Assembly (NCBI GenBank): GCA_000091205.1
Contig: AP006499.2
Direction: 5' to 3' (one strand)
Source of the DNA: Cyanidioschyzon merolae
Lineage: Eukaryota
DNA: 64,000 nt
Shown piece by piece: positions 32,600 to 44,842 of the stretch. The position numbers and the translations under genes are program-made. Under the pieces are notes generated by a model. That model was not told where the DNA came from. It was given only the letters and a program-made list of their open reading frames with translations, and searched no databases. Each line of letters opens with the position of its first letter. Position 1 is the first letter of the stretch.

Positions 32600-33155
32600 T
32601 GAATGGACTAGCACTGAAGAACCACGCGTCTGGAGTCGCATCCTCGAACTTGATGGTCATGACTCACCAGTTCATTGCGAGTATCCGTCGAGGACACTAA
32701 AATGTCGGGGATTGGATGCATATCGAGAAACCACGCGTCTGGAGTCGCATCCTCGGACTTGATGGGTATGACTCACCAGTTCATTGCGAGTATCCGTCGA
32801 GGACACTAAAATGTCGGGGATTGGATGCATATCGAGAAACCACGCGTCTGGAGTCGCATCCTCGGACTTGATGGGTATGACTCACCAGTTCATTGCGAGT
32901 ATCCGTCGAGGACACTAAAATGTCGGGGATTGGATGCATATCGAGAAACCACGCGTCTGGAGTCGCATCCTCGAACTTGATGGGTATGACTCACCAGTTC
33001 ATTGCGAGTATCCGTCGAGGACACTAAAATGTCGGGGATTGGATGCATATCGAGAAATCATGCGTCTGGAGTCGCATCCTCGAACTTGGTGGGTATGACT
33101 CACCACTTCATTGCGAGTATCCGTCGAGGACACTAAAATGTCTAGAGGTTGACTC
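32600..33155. repeat. tandem satellite, ~109-bp unit x ~5
   Basis: 'ccacgcgtctggagtcgcatcctcg(a/g)acttgatgg' recurs at 32622, 32731, 32840 and 32949, with a degenerate copy near 33057. The unit contains 'ccgtcgaggacactaaaatgtcggggattggatgcatatcgagaaac'. Confidence 0.9.
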
Positions 33156-34219
33156 CGCGTCTGGATGAGTCACCGGCGGAGCCGCTCATCCCTGGTGGTA
33201 TTTCCTGCGCAAACACTTTCCAGGAAATCATCTGGGAACGTGATTCAGGTCGGTGTCACGCAACATTTTTCAGATGTCTTTTCGCAGGATAGACAGAGTT
33301 GCGGCTCGCTGTTGCCACGACTATCGATAGGGATGGTGCTGAACACCTGGTAAACATCTCCTCGAAACAGGAGTGTTGTTCCGAAGCCACAAGAATGCGC
33401 CGCCGCCGAGCGCCAAAACTCGAACAGCGCACCTCTCCTCGTGATCCAATACAGGCTCAAATTTTGGGGAAAGATGCAGTATGCACGAGAAAACGGCATA
33501 CGCATGCTTGGACTAGATGTTTAAACGGGAAAGCGCGAGGGCCTGCCACACGCGACGTTTTTGAGCGCCACACCGCACGCTCTAATGGCAACACCCCGAA
33601 TATGGCAAAGCAACATGCGCGAAACTATGGCGCTGGACCCGACAGCTACAATGGCGAACAGCTGACTCAGACCTTTGCACTGTACGTTCCGACCTGTGCA
33701 TCGCCGCAGCTACGCAAAAGCTTCCGCTTCTGTTCCGAAACTGTGATCACAGGTCTTGCAGTGCTGCCGATCGCGAAACGCATAGCAGGCTGCGAGTCGA
33801 GGGGCAAGGTACCAGAGGCTGCCCTTCCCGGGCAGCACCAGGCCTCACACACACGGACGAGGGTGAGGTTTCCGTATCGGGCGCGTACAAGAGGCAAGCG
33901 CTTCGCCTGGGCCGTACAGCGTAGAGCCTACGGAGCCACTTGTGTCCCGGTTCTGTGGCGAGTCAGAAGCAGTCGTTTTGGCTGTGAACCCGCGCTGCTG
34001 GGCACTGCGAAGCGTCGAGTGACGCGCACTTCGAACGCCGCGGGTACTCTCCAGGGTGCAGGCGGGCGCTTGTTTTCAATACCTACCGACCGTTCGGAAC
34101 AGGAGCGTAGACACGACGACCAAGTGATCGCTCCCAGTCGGCCAGACGGCTACCAAAGTTTGGCTGCGAACGGCACCTGCTCACAGTACTAGCAGCGCAG
34201 GGGTAGCGACACCCGTGTC

Positions 34220-36844
34220 ATGAACCTGTTCGCAGACCCGCCTTTAACTGCATTCGTGAAGGCGCTTCGTTCGCACCAGCACGAGGAGTTGTCTTTTGTG
34301 CAAAAGCAGCTTGAGCTGCTTCGAAGCGAGTGCGAGGACCGCGATCCGGAAAAGAAAGCCTGGGCCTTGCTGAAGCTGACTCACCTGAACCAGCACCTAC
34401 TAGCAGGCGACCTATCGTTCACCGCTTTTCCTATCGTGGAAACAGCCACTCGGTCTGTTCTATGGCAAAAACAGGTCGGATTGCTTGCTGCGAGTCTGCT
34501 CTTCCATTCTCAGACTCCGGAGACACTGCTACTCGCGAATCAATTGAGAAAAGATCTTCACAGTGGCAACCGCAACGAACAGGCGCTTGCGCTGACAGGG
34601 TTTGCGGGTTTCGCCTCCGCGGACCTCGCTGAGGCTTTGTGGCCCGACGTTGCAGCGCTGTTCACGAGCGCTCGTCCGTACCTGCGTAAGCGAGCAGTGG
34701 TCGCCTTCCATCGCAGCGTTCGTCAGTGCCCAGAGGTGCTGCCAGCGTGCTGGCCTCGCTTTGTCAACCTCCTGCAGGACGCCGACCCTTCCGTGGTCTG
34801 CGCATCAGTCACCGTTGCACTCGAAGAGGTGCATACGTATCCAGAACTGTTTATACAAGTGATTCCCCGTTTTTATGAAATCGCCAGCCAGGGCGGTAGC
34901 AATTGGTTGCTCATCAAAGTCCTGATGGTTCTCGACGCTCTGTGTGCACATGAACCGCGTCTACCAAAGAAACTCGCATCTTTGGTGACAAGCATGATAG
35001 AGGCAACCCAGGCCAAGTCGTTGGTGTTCGAATGTTGCCGAGTCGCATGTCGTCGCTTGGCCGATGACGGCCATTTGCTCTGTGTTGCCATTGCTCGTCT
35101 AATTGCGTTTGTTGAGGGTACCGATCAGAACCTTCGATACTTGGCGCTGAAAGTACTCCGCAATGTTGTCGAGTACCGGCCATCGATCATTTCGCAGAAA
35201 CAGTTGCAAGGCGTTCTCAACGAGTTACAGAACAACGACATCCTGGTGCGGCTTGCAGCGCTAGAATTGCTTTCGAGCAGAGTGCATACTGCCGATGACT
35301 TACGATGCCTGGCTCAGAGCATGGAGCGGATGTCGCTGTTAGAGCCCGCACCGGGGCGGGCCCCGAACCGGGACACATCCGAGGAGCTGCGATTTCGCTC
35401 GATGTTGTTCAGTGAGCTGTGGCGATGCATTCGAAGGGTGTTTCCGGATGGATCCACTGATCTGGCAGAGGCAGATGCAGCGTGGTTGCTTGTGTCCATC
35501 GTTCGCCCGGCGCTTGTTCGGGCATCACAACTCGATGAGAAAAACGTGGAGCGGTTTGCGGTGTTGCTTTGGAAGCTTGTTCAATTACATGAATCGCTAC
35601 GCGGATCTGCAGCGGCTGTGTGTCGTCAGGTTCTCGACCGCTGCCTCTCGGAATCACACGATTGGATCCGGTACTACGGCGCTATTCGAGTTTGTGTTTG
35701 GATACTGGGCACCAGTCTTGAAGGTGTGAACGACTCGTCTCGTGCCGCCAATGACCTGGAACGACTCACGGGACTGTTCCAGCTTTTCGAATGCGTACGC
35801 ACGGGCGACGAGGAATTGGACAGTTTCGCAGCACTCCAGACGACGGTGCTGCGAACATTGCGCTTTTGCTGTGAGCATTTGCAGGCTGACTTTTCCTTGC
35901 AAGTCAGAGAGCGCCTCCAAAGAATCGTTCTATTGAGTCCAAGCGCCTTTGAGGAGCACTGGCGCCTCCTGGGCATCCAGCGAGACGTCCAACGCCGAGC
36001 GGGAGAGATCACTCGTCGCAGCGCCCCGCACCCCGGGGCACTCCAAGCGCTTTTGCGTTCGCTGCCCGCTCTCTCGTCACACGAACTATCCGAGTGTTGG
36101 GCTGATCCGCACGACTTGCCGCCACCGACACCGACACCAGCGATACGTCGACCACGAAAGCATTCGGAATCACAGGGCGCATCTCGGAGTGGCAACAATG
36201 CCGAGGCGGCGCTCCTGCTGCTCGACACCGTCGACGCCAATGATGTCGTACGTGCGCCGCTGACAGCACTGCCGTACAGGTCCGCTGCGCCCGCAAGTGC
36301 AACAAATGAATCCAGGGGCGAAAGAGACGCGAGCAGCGCGCATCCTCTGCAAGCGTCAGCGAGTGCGGGATTCACCACCGCATCTGATGTCTGGGCAGCA
36401 CATCGTTTCGCGAGTGCCCCCGACGACACCTCAACGGATGCCACAGGAATGGAGGCAGCGGGAGCAAGCGCCCGCTCCACCACCGAGCTCGAGCACCTCG
36501 CATTCTACCTCCGTGATGCACCGAGCGCGCACGCACACGCACGACACGCACACGCACCAGCAGCCTCCGTGCCCTCGAATCAGCAGGCTGCTGATGCGCT
36601 CTCGATCGGCGCCAGTCTGCAGGGCAATGCGTGCACCAGGCATGATGCGATGCAGGGCGCACGCATCGCAGGTACCAGCGATGCCCCGGATGATGCCCTG
36701 TTGATTGACTTTTGTGCACCGTATGCAGCAATCGACGGTGGTGATGCTCCTGCAGGTGATGATGCACCATCTACGACCGGGGCTGACAACTTGGGACCGG
36801 GTCGGTGTGTTGCGACCCCGGAGCATACCCAAGCAGCAGTGTGA
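34220..36844 (+). CDS. AP-3 adaptor complex subunit delta (delta-adaptin)
   Basis: Collinear matches to AP3D1: 'TAFPIVETATRS..LLAASLLFHS', 'NQLRKDLHSGNRNEQALALTGFAGFASADLA', 'RPYLRKRAVVAF', 'GGSNWLLIKVLMVLDALCAHEPRLPKKL' and 'TDQNLRYLALKVL'. The C-terminal third is low complexity, as in other delta-adaptins. Confidence 0.85.
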   Translation: MNLFADPPLTAFVKALRSHQHEELSFVQKQLELLRSECEDRDPEKKAWALLKLTHLNQHLLAGDLSFTAFPIVETATRSVLWQKQVGLLAASLLFHSQTPETLLLANQLRKDLHSGNRNEQALALTGFAGFASADLAEALWPDVAALFTSARPYLRKRAVVAFHRSVRQCPEVLPACWPRFVNLLQDADPSVVCASVTVALEEVHTYPELFIQVIPRFYEIASQGGSNWLLIKVLMVLDALCAHEPRLPKKLASLVTSMIEATQAKSLVFECCRVACRRLADDGHLLCVAIARLIAFVEGTDQNLRYLALKVLRNVVEYRPSIISQKQLQGVLNELQNNDILVRLAALELLSSRVHTADDLRCLAQSMERMSLLEPAPGRAPNRDTSEELRFRSMLFSELWRCIRRVFPDGSTDLAEADAAWLLVSIVRPALVRASQLDEKNVERFAVLLWKLVQLHESLRGSAAAVCRQVLDRCLSESHDWIRYYGAIRVCVWILGTSLEGVNDSSRAANDLERLTGLFQLFECVRTGDEELDSFAALQTTVLRTLRFCCEHLQADFSLQVRERLQRIVLLSPSAFEEHWRLLGIQRDVQRRAGEITRRSAPHPGALQALLRSLPALSSHELSECWADPHDLPPPTPTPAIRRPRKHSESQGASRSGNNAEAALLLLDTVDANDVVRAPLTALPYRSAAPASATNESRGERDASSAHPLQASASAGFTTASDVWAAHRFASAPDDTSTDATGMEAAGASARSTTELEHLAFYLRDAPSAHAHARHAHAPAASVPSNQQAADALSIGASLQGNACTRHDAMQGARIAGTSDAPDDALLIDFCAPYAAIDGGDAPAGDDAPSTTGADNLGPGRCVATPEHTQAAV

Positions 36845-37825
36845 AGCGAGCTGCAGGCCGGACGTTCACACGGCAGTTTATGGGAAGCATGTGCTCGGCA
36901 TCCTGGATCATAGCAGACACGAGCGTCGACGCTGCAACAGGGACGTCTTGCTATTGCTATTGCTGTTGCTGGTGTTGGTGTTGTGGTGCGCTGACGTGCG
37001 TCTCGCACCAGTCCAGCATCGCGGAGGCCATTGGCCGGTGCAGAGCGCGCGCTGGGGTGAGGATCAGTCGGCAGCGGACGCAAGGTTACGGACGCGAATG
37101 CACGGGGCTCGTGCGGATTCACTCCAGAGTCTGGGTGCTTGCTGTTCATGGCTGTCGGGCCTGGATGTGTCTGGTATGGGGCTTGCGTCGCAGTTTGCGG
37201 CCGCGGCGACAGCTACAATTGATGACACGAGTGCGTGGATCATCGGCAGACGTGGCTGCTCCATCTGTCACGGTGCGCTGCCACGTGTGCACTGACCGGC
37301 CTTTCGACACACGGACGATCCATGGAAAATGAAAGCGGAGTAGCGAAGTGGACACGGATGCGCTCGAGTGCCTGCAACAGGCGGTAAGGAAGCGGCTGGC
37401 GATGTGCGAACGCTCCCACTGGGCGGCCGTCGGGCGACCCGGGGCTGGTCCATGAGTAGCTACCGCTTCGGGGGTCTACTTGTCATGACGGACACGCCAG
37501 CACAGTGGAAGCGAGGCTGCTTCGTGTAACGCAGAGCGTCCGGACTGCGCCTCCAGGCGGAGCGGCGAGGCCGTCTTTGTCGTCGTCGTCGTCGTCGCTG
37601 CTGCTGCTGCTACTGCTGGTACTCGCTGTGAAGCAGGCGGGTGCTAGCGATCGTCAGGCGTTCATCAATACGAAGCTCGAGGGCGGCGGATGACGTGCTC
37701 GCCGTAAAATCATCTGCTGTAGCAAGTTTGTCAAGCACCTAGTATAGACCCGTGCGTGTTCCGCGTCTTACGCACCGTGGAACAGCCACCAGTGCGGTGC
37801 GCTCGCTGCCCAGCGCGTTTGCAAC

Positions 37826-39433
37826 ATGTTCCTAGGTGCTGGACTTCGGGTTGGCCACGTCTCGAACAAAGTAATTGGGCGCGATCGTCGGCAACCGTAC
37901 GGTTTCCTGCGGTCGGTTCAAGGTGTCGTTTGCGCTTGCGCCGATAACGCCGGCTTCTTGCGTGCGCTGCAGAAGTGTCGAACGCGGATACGCGCTTCGT
38001 TCTGCTGCCCGGGGCACCACGGCCAGCCGGAGAAGCTGTGGCCCCCGCTCCGAGAAGTACTCGATCGAGAGCGGCATGCCCTCGTAACGCTTGATCTAGC
38101 AGAGCAACCCGAACTCGATAACCTGCAACAACCGACCGGCATTCTTCGTGCGGTGCAGGAGCGAGCAGCGGCCGTCTTCGATACCGTACATACCTTCTTT
38201 CTGGTCAATGGCTCGACCAGTGGCATCCTTGCTGCGCTGCTTGCAGTCTGCAGTCAGCTGGGTCAGGATCCGAGTCGCTTTTATGCCCTGGTGCCGAGAA
38301 ATGCCCATCAGTCTGTTTTTCATGCGCTAGCGCTGACTGGACTTCATCCCGTGTATTTAACCCCAGAGGTTGTGGATTCTCGCTACGATATCCTCGGGCC
38401 GGTTTCCGAGTCGACAATAGAGGCGGCACTCGTTGCTTTCGCGCCGCAGGTGGCGGTGGTGCTGCTGACCTCACCAACCTACCACGGGTTTGTGGCGAAT
38501 GTGCGCAGTATCGCAGCTCGATGTCGTCGATACGGGGCGTGGTTGGTTGTCGACGAAGCGCATGGTGCGCATCTGGGCTTCTCTCCCGAGTTGCCGCAGA
38601 GTGCGCGACAGATGGGTGCGGATCTGGTTGTACAGTCGACGCACAAGACCCTGATGGCCCTGACCCAAGCAGCGATGCTGCACGTGCCATGCGGTTCACG
38701 CCTCGCTGTCGAGGATGTGGCCGAAGCAGTCCGCATGGTTTCCAGCACGTCGCCGAACGCGTGGGTGGTGGCGAGTCTCGACGCCACCGTCGCCGCTCTG
38801 GCGGATACGCCCTGGTGTCAGGCGTGGTTCGAGCGAGCCTGCACTCTAGGGCAAGCGATCCGAAGACGACTACCGACGCTTCCGAATGACGACGCAACAC
38901 GTTGCTGTCTCCTGCTGCCGGACGACATCGATGGGTTTCTTTTCGATGCGCACTTGCTGGATCACTACGGGGTTTACATGGAACTTGCTGGACGTGCGAC
39001 GAGCACAGGTATCGTCACCGGGGCCAATGATGCGAGCCATGTTGCCATTTTGGAGGAAGCGTTCACAGCGTTGACCACGGACTCCCGCCTAAGAGGCACT
39101 CGTGAATCCAGGGTGCACACTTTGCGCCCCATGGACAGCTTGCAAGGCGTGTTTCGGGCTGCAAGCTGCACGCTTCGTGTGTCTCTGCATCAACGACGCC
39201 GCTGGTGCCCGCTGCAGCACGCCGCAAACCAAGTCGCTTCCGCGACAATCAGCGTTTACCCACCGGGCATTCCGGTCGTCTTGCCTGGCGAACGCATCGA
39301 TCCGCCACTGGTATCGTACTTGCTCGACGCATCGCGGTGTGGTTGTGCCATATCGGGCGTGCACGGCCCAGAGCAGCACGTTGCCGTCGTTGATGATGAA
39401 CCACCGGCGACACGATGCCACCAGGCGCCTTGA
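37826..39433 (+). CDS. PLP-dependent Orn/Lys/Arg decarboxylase family protein (OKR_DC_1 major domain)
   Basis: 'FCCPGHHGQPEK' (PGHKGG-like), 'FFLVNGSTSGILAAL', 'VVQSTHKTLMALTQAAML' (PLP-lysine region) and 'VYPPGIPVVLPGERI'. Confidence 0.7.
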   Translation: MFLGAGLRVGHVSNKVIGRDRRQPYGFLRSVQGVVCACADNAGFLRALQKCRTRIRASFCCPGHHGQPEKLWPPLREVLDRERHALVTLDLAEQPELDNLQQPTGILRAVQERAAAVFDTVHTFFLVNGSTSGILAALLAVCSQLGQDPSRFYALVPRNAHQSVFHALALTGLHPVYLTPEVVDSRYDILGPVSESTIEAALVAFAPQVAVVLLTSPTYHGFVANVRSIAARCRRYGAWLVVDEAHGAHLGFSPELPQSARQMGADLVVQSTHKTLMALTQAAMLHVPCGSRLAVEDVAEAVRMVSSTSPNAWVVASLDATVAALADTPWCQAWFERACTLGQAIRRRLPTLPNDDATRCCLLLPDDIDGFLFDAHLLDHYGVYMELAGRATSTGIVTGANDASHVAILEEAFTALTTDSRLRGTRESRVHTLRPMDSLQGVFRAASCTLRVSLHQRRRWCPLQHAANQVASATISVYPPGIPVVLPGERIDPPLVSYLLDASRCGCAISGVHGPEQHVAVVDDEPPATRCHQAP

Positions 39434-40558
39434 TCGATCCACGCTATGCGTATCGGATGTACCACATGGGGTGCACCGGTTCAAGGCACGTTGGTCGGGC
39501 AACGAGTTCAGCACGCTGGCATACAATCCATAGCATCGAGAGCGGGAATCGCGATGCCGGTGACACAGCTCGCATTCTACATTTGCGGTGACTTGCACGG
39601 ATGGCACGCATGCGCGGATGCATGGACCTGTCCATACATGTACATGTATAGATCGCTGTGTGGATGTGAGCATGCATGCACACCAACGCCGCTCGCCGCT
39701 GAACTTGCGCGCATGCGTGGCGTTGCTCGACACGCGCGATGCAGATGCATGGCGCTGTGCGTGCGCATGCGTGTCCGCGGGCACAGACAGCGCGCTGCCC
39801 GCATCCGCTGCATCGACAGCGCGTTGGGGTGCGTGCCATGCGCGCGCCACCGGCGACACGTCGGCAGTGGAATCGCCACACAGATACCGCGTAGCTGTTT
39901 CGATGGCGCTGTCGAGATCTGTGACCTGCTTGCGTTTCGTCTGGGGGAAATTTCTTGCTGGCTCGCTGACTGGCGATCGATGCAAAGGCGTGATCCGTCC
40001 ATCCCGGATGCTTGTTGTTGTTGTGGATGCGCTGATGCGCTTGCTTGTCGCGATGACGCGTATACGTTCGGACGGCGCACGAGATGTGCCGGCTCTTTCC
40101 GAATCGATTCATATCGTGCTGGTGCGCTGCGCCTGGCCTACTGGTACGCTGCGACCCACATGGAATCCCGAGAAGGCTACCTTCGGCCCATACGCTCCCT
40201 CTGCTGCCTCGTTCCGAATGGTTTGATATCGGGCAGGTACGGTGCAGCTGACGATACCCGGTGCATGGAGATGCCACGCGGAAGCGCGTGTACCGCAGAT
40301 GCGCCAACGAGAACACAAACGCTTGAGTGATGCGCCACAGCGCACCTCAGCCGAACTCCATATGCATCTGCGGCGCGTGCTTCTCGCGCGTTTCAGTCAG
40401 CGCACGGAGGAGTCGTCTTTCGCGCCATGGATACGGATATGACGGCCGATGGAGTGCGCAAGTCGTCACCGTGGCCGGGCTGAAGCCAGAGGCGGAACCT
40501 GCCTCAACGAACGGCTAGCGGTACGCGGACGTCAGCGAAATGGTCGATCGCGTCTGGT

Positions 40559-41689
40559 TCATGCGCGGTAGTGTTTCTCTGGGAGGCTGCGAAGGCGTTC
40601 CGCAGCCTGCTCGGCAGTGAGATCACGCTGCGATTCGGCGAGCATTTCGAAACCGACCATGAACTTGCGAACGGTTGCACTCCTGAGCAATGGTGGATAG
40701 AAATGGATGTGAAAGAGTAGACCTGGTTCGGCGGTCGCGGCACCGTTCGCCACGGGCGCCTGGTGCAGCCCCATGCTGTACGGAAAACTGGTCTTGAAGA
40801 GATTGTCGTACCGAACTGTGACTCGCTGCAAAATGTCTGCCAGATCATCCTTCTGCGATGCATCTATGTCCAAGAGAGACTGGCACGAGCCAGTGGGAAG
40901 CACCATGACCTCGAACGGCCATACCGCCCAGAAAGGAACGAGTGCAACAAAATGCGGATTCTGGCAAACAATGCGCTCGTTAGGCCGCTGCAACTCTGCT
41001 TTCAAATAGTCCAAGAGTAGTTCTCGGCCCGTGTCAGCGTAATAGGCACTCTGCAGGCGCAGCTCGGTGGCAATCTCGTTCGGGATGAACGAGGATGCCC
41101 ATATCTGGCCGTGCGGGTGCGGGTTGCTGCAGCCCATCGCAGAGCCCTTGTTCTCGAAGATCTGCACGTGCCGGATCTGCGGCATGGTCGCTAGCTCAGC
41201 GTACTGCTCTTGCCAGGCATCGACAACGCGCCGAATCTCCGAACGACTCATCTCCGCCAGCGTCAAGTCGTGCCGAGGCGAAAAGCACACGACGCGACAG
41301 GTACCGGACACGGGCCGCGCTTGGAACAGCGTGGCGTGCGACGCCCGACTGGCCTCAGCGTCGGCACTGTCAGAGGGCCCATCTAACAGAAGCGCAGGAA
41401 AGTCGTTCGTAAACACAAACGTAGCGTCATACTGGGGGTTTCGGTGCGCGCCACCAGCCCGCGTGTTACCAGGGCAGAGGTAGCACTCGGGATCGTAGCG
41501 GGGTCGTTCTTCGCCACCAACCGTCTCCTGGGCGCCTTGCCAAGGCCGTTTCGCTCTGTGCGGGGAGCACAAGACCCACTCCCCTTTCAGAGGATTAAAC
41601 CTACGATGCGGGTGCTCGGTAAAGTCAAACGACGCCATAAAGACGGGAGTAGTGCAATGAAGCAAGCACCAAGCGCAACGACTTGCCAC
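40559..41689 (-). CDS. galactose-1-phosphate uridylyltransferase (GALT, HIT family)
   Basis: '[23 protein letters not shown]', 'CYLCPGN', '[13 protein letters not shown]' and '[11 protein letters not shown]' (HxHxQ). The alternative start is the second ATG at 41638. Confidence 0.88.
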   Translation of the reverse strand: MASRCAWCLLHCTTPVFMASFDFTEHPHRRFNPLKGEWVLCSPHRAKRPWQGAQETVGGEERPRYDPECYLCPGNTRAGGAHRNPQYDATFVFTNDFPALLLDGPSDSADAEASRASHATLFQARPVSGTCRVVCFSPRHDLTLAEMSRSEIRRVVDAWQEQYAELATMPQIRHVQIFENKGSAMGCSNPHPHGQIWASSFIPNEIATELRLQSAYYADTGRELLLDYLKAELQRPNERIVCQNPHFVALVPFWAVWPFEVMVLPTGSCQSLLDIDASQKDDLADILQRVTVRYDNLFKTSFPYSMGLHQAPVANGAATAEPGLLFHIHFYPPLLRSATVRKFMVGFEMLAESQRDLTAEQAAERLRSLPEKHYRA

Positions 41690-41765
41690 CGCCTCAACAC
41701 ATCAGGGGCGCTCGCCGTCGCATGAATCGTCAGACGCCGTGGACATGCGCGAGCCGTACGATGGA

Positions 41766-42543
41766 CGCCTCGCTCGCCCGGAATGCCGATCAGCATCGCG
41801 CAGTCGAGAATCCCTGCTCCATCGCAACGCTCCGTTGATCCGGCGTTCAGGAGCGCCTCGCTCGCCCGGAATGCCGATCAGCATCGCGCAGTCGAGGATC
41901 CCTGCTCCATCGCAACGCTCCGTTGATCCGGCGTTCAGGAGCGCCTCGCTCGCCCGGAATGCCGATCAGCATCGCGCAGTCGAGAATCCCTGCTCCATCG
42001 CAACGCTCCGTTGATCCGGCGTTCAGGAGCGCCTCGCTCGCCCGGAATGCCGATCAGCATCGCGCAGTCGAGAATCCCTGCTCCATCGCAACGCTCCGTT
42101 GATCCGGCGTTCAGGAGCGCCTCGCTCGCCCGGAATGCCGATCAGCATCGCGCAGTCGAGGATCCCTGCTCCATCGCAACGCTCCGTTGATCCGGCGTTC
42201 AGGAGCGCCTCGCTCGCCCGGAATGCCGATCAGCATCGCGCAGTCGAGAATCCCTGCTCCATCGCAACGCTCCGTTGATCCGGCGTTCAGGAGCGCCTCG
42301 CTCGCCCGGAATGCCGATCAGCATCGCGCAGTCGAGGATCCCTGCTCCATCGCAACGCTCCGTTGATCCGGCGTTCAGGAGCGCCTCGCTCGCCCGGAAT
42401 GCCGATCAGCATCGCGCAATCGAGAATCCCTGCTCCATCGCAACGCTCCGTTGATCCGGCGTTCAGGAGCGCCTCGCTCGCCCGGAATGCCGATCAGCAT
42501 CGCGCAGTCGAGGATCCCTGCTCCATCGCAACGCTCCGTTGAT
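41766..42543. repeat. tandem minisatellite, 88-bp unit x ~9, immediately upstream of GALT
   Basis: Unit 'cgcctcgctcgcccggaatgccgatcagcatcgcgcagtcgag(a/g)atccctgctccatcgcaacgctccgttgatccggcgttcaggag'. Copies differ mainly at gagaatcc versus gaggatcc. Confidence 0.92.
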
Positions 42544-42739
42544 CGAGGAAGTACGCCAAGCATCAAGCGGCCGTCACGTGTGCGTGCTGCTCCCGGTCGC
42601 ACGCGCGCTCCTGCCGCCGACCCAGGCGATCTCGCGTCGGGCGCGCACCGCATTATGTCTGTACCATGCTTTGTTTGCTATTTAGGGTATCTTCTCATCG
42701 AAGAAGCGCCCTGGGACCTAACATCCAACTACACCAAGC

Positions 42740-43213
42740 ATGGCATTCGTTCTCTGTGCCGCTAAATATGGAAATCGTAGCTCCAGGAGGCGTTGCATGC
42801 GGAGGTCGCTGAACGCTCTGCACACCCGTCTCGCAGTAGCTGCGCACTTGAAGAAACTTAGGTGGAGTGAGTTCGAGGACCGTGCCGCGTACCAGCCACT
42901 GCCGGCAACGTGGCGAGGCGAGTTTGACTCGGTGTCGCCACTGGACGAGATGAGTGGTGGGCAAGTGAAACCTGTTAAAACCCAGGTTTTCGGACAAGTG
43001 TATGAGGAACCGGTTCCTCTGGAGCTTCGCGCCGAAGACGACGACGCCTTCCGTCGTTTCCAGGCGTTGATGCTCGCCGACCGTGCGGCAGAACTTGAGG
43101 CTTTGCAGCAGCGGCGTGCAGCGTACGGCGACGACGCTGGAGTCATGAGCAACATGCGTATAGAGACGATCTACGCGCAGCCATGTGTGGAATACTGGCG
43201 AGGTCGTTCTTGA
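42740..43213 (+). CDS. hypothetical protein (157 aa)
   Basis: Plausible composition and a clean stop. The overlapping antisense ORF is Ser/Arg-rich junk. No family recognised. Confidence 0.25.
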   Translation: MAFVLCAAKYGNRSSRRRCMRRSLNALHTRLAVAAHLKKLRWSEFEDRAAYQPLPATWRGEFDSVSPLDEMSGGQVKPVKTQVFGQVYEEPVPLELRAEDDDAFRRFQALMLADRAAELEALQQRRAAYGDDAGVMSNMRIETIYAQPCVEYWRGRS

Positions 43214-44842
43214 AACGGCTGGAGCCGTCTGGGCACACGTACTGTCCAGAACCTGTGCACCGGGAATAGTCCCTATGATGAAAAATTCCTATTTTACTCG
43301 GAACGTAAAGCACGGCGCGAATCGCTTTCGCCTTGAGCCGCCGACGCATCCGCGCGCCGTATTTTTTGACTGCGGCCGCATTTGAGTCTGGCGTCTTGTC
43401 CATGCGTTGTGAGCGCGCGATAACGTGCAGGAGAAACGAGTAGTTCCAGAAGGTGCACCAGACACCATTCGGGTCGTAGGCCGATCTCCAAACGGCTTTT
43501 TGCGAGACGCACCTGTGAAGATGGAGGCTGTCGAGAGCGCGCGCCCTGCTCCGCACTGTACCAAATTCCGGGGACGATCGCGTTCGAGCGCGGGAGCAGC
43601 GCCTCCCGTAAGCAATACGGACCCCATCAAGGCAACCGCCGGGGCTGCGATGCGCGCTACCCCTGCGGGTGATGGCTCCTGAACGTGCACCATCACAGCT
43701 GGGCGTACCAGCGAGCGAACAAAGCGCATCAGCGAGCAGAGCACATGATCGTATGGAACATCGGCATCGGGGGAGCTTTTACTCGTATACGCTGTAGCAT
43801 CAAACGAATACTTAAACCCACATATACCAAGCATACCTACAAACCCGACGATTGTTTGCCCCTAACCGCACAAGCGGATGCATCGCAGCGGCGGCGGCGG
43901 CGGCGGCCGGGGCCGCTCCATATTTCTCCAGCAGGGATCCGATCGTTGACGCATCAAGCGGGTATCCCGGGATGGCGCGATCGCTGCCAGCCTCTGGAAT
44001 GCGGCTCCAGTCGGGACGGGGCGGGACCAGCCGGGCGTGCCCGCTGGTGTGGCATTCTCGACGCATGCCCAGTCGATGCTCCTCGGCGGCGCGTAAAATC
44101 GGCATCACCACCCGTCCGTGCGAACGTGCTGTGCGCATGCAAGAACGATGAGCTGCAGCGCTCTCGCAGACAGCGTCAGGCGACGTCGAGTTCGAGTGTG
44201 TGGGTTTTTTTTCATTGAGAAAACGTTTACTTTGGCCAGCGTTCGCCGATCATGCGCATTGTTCTTTTCTTACCTTTTTTTCTCTTTTTTTCCAGTGCGC
44301 GGTAATGTATCTATCAACCCCCCACTCCCAAGTTACATTACCTGCACTTCTTCTCGGATATTCTGGTCGTTTCGTACGTCCAATCGTGTGCCTAGTGCCT
44401 GCCGAACGCGACAGCAATAGCGCCTATAGCGCCGGTACGGTCGCTGCACGGAGACAGAACGGCGTTGCTGTACCACACAAAGGGCGCCGGCTCGAGGTCG
44501 AGTGTGTGGGTGAGCGCGCGCGCGCGCGCGCGCGTGATCAGAGCGAGGCACACCGCACGCACACCTAGAGTCGCTGTCCATGCGCCACGTGTGCATGAAC
44601 CCCGCGCACCGGTCCAAAACGGAGCGTGCGCCGTACCACCCCGGTGATCCAGGCGCGCCAAACTGGGACTAGGCGCGGCATCGCGACGAGCCTCTCGCAG
44701 AGCGCCCGTTAGCGACGTCCCGCACCGGCGCCGCCCAGTCGAGAACGAATGCCGCCCCCCGGTGATGCCAGACGCGCGCGAATGTTCGCCACTGTCGGAA
44801 TGCTTCCTGTTGCTGCGTGCTGGAGCAATACCTCGGACGGGA

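Noticed and set aside
33299-34192. 297 aa + strand ORF upstream of the AP-3 delta gene
   Set aside because: Arg-rich with no domain similarity, and it lies in the promoter region. Likely spurious.
39089-40316. Long ORFs of 298 and 290 aa on the minus strand, with overlapping + strand ORFs, between the decarboxylase and GALT genes
   Set aside because: The translations are Arg/Ala/Cys/His-rich with no motifs, and they overlap each other in multiple frames. This is typical of spurious ORFs in GC-rich DNA. The region is the convergent 3' intergenic space.
41766-42543. Possible CRISPR-like array
   Set aside because: The units are directly contiguous 88-bp repeats without unique spacers. The context is eukaryotic nuclear DNA.
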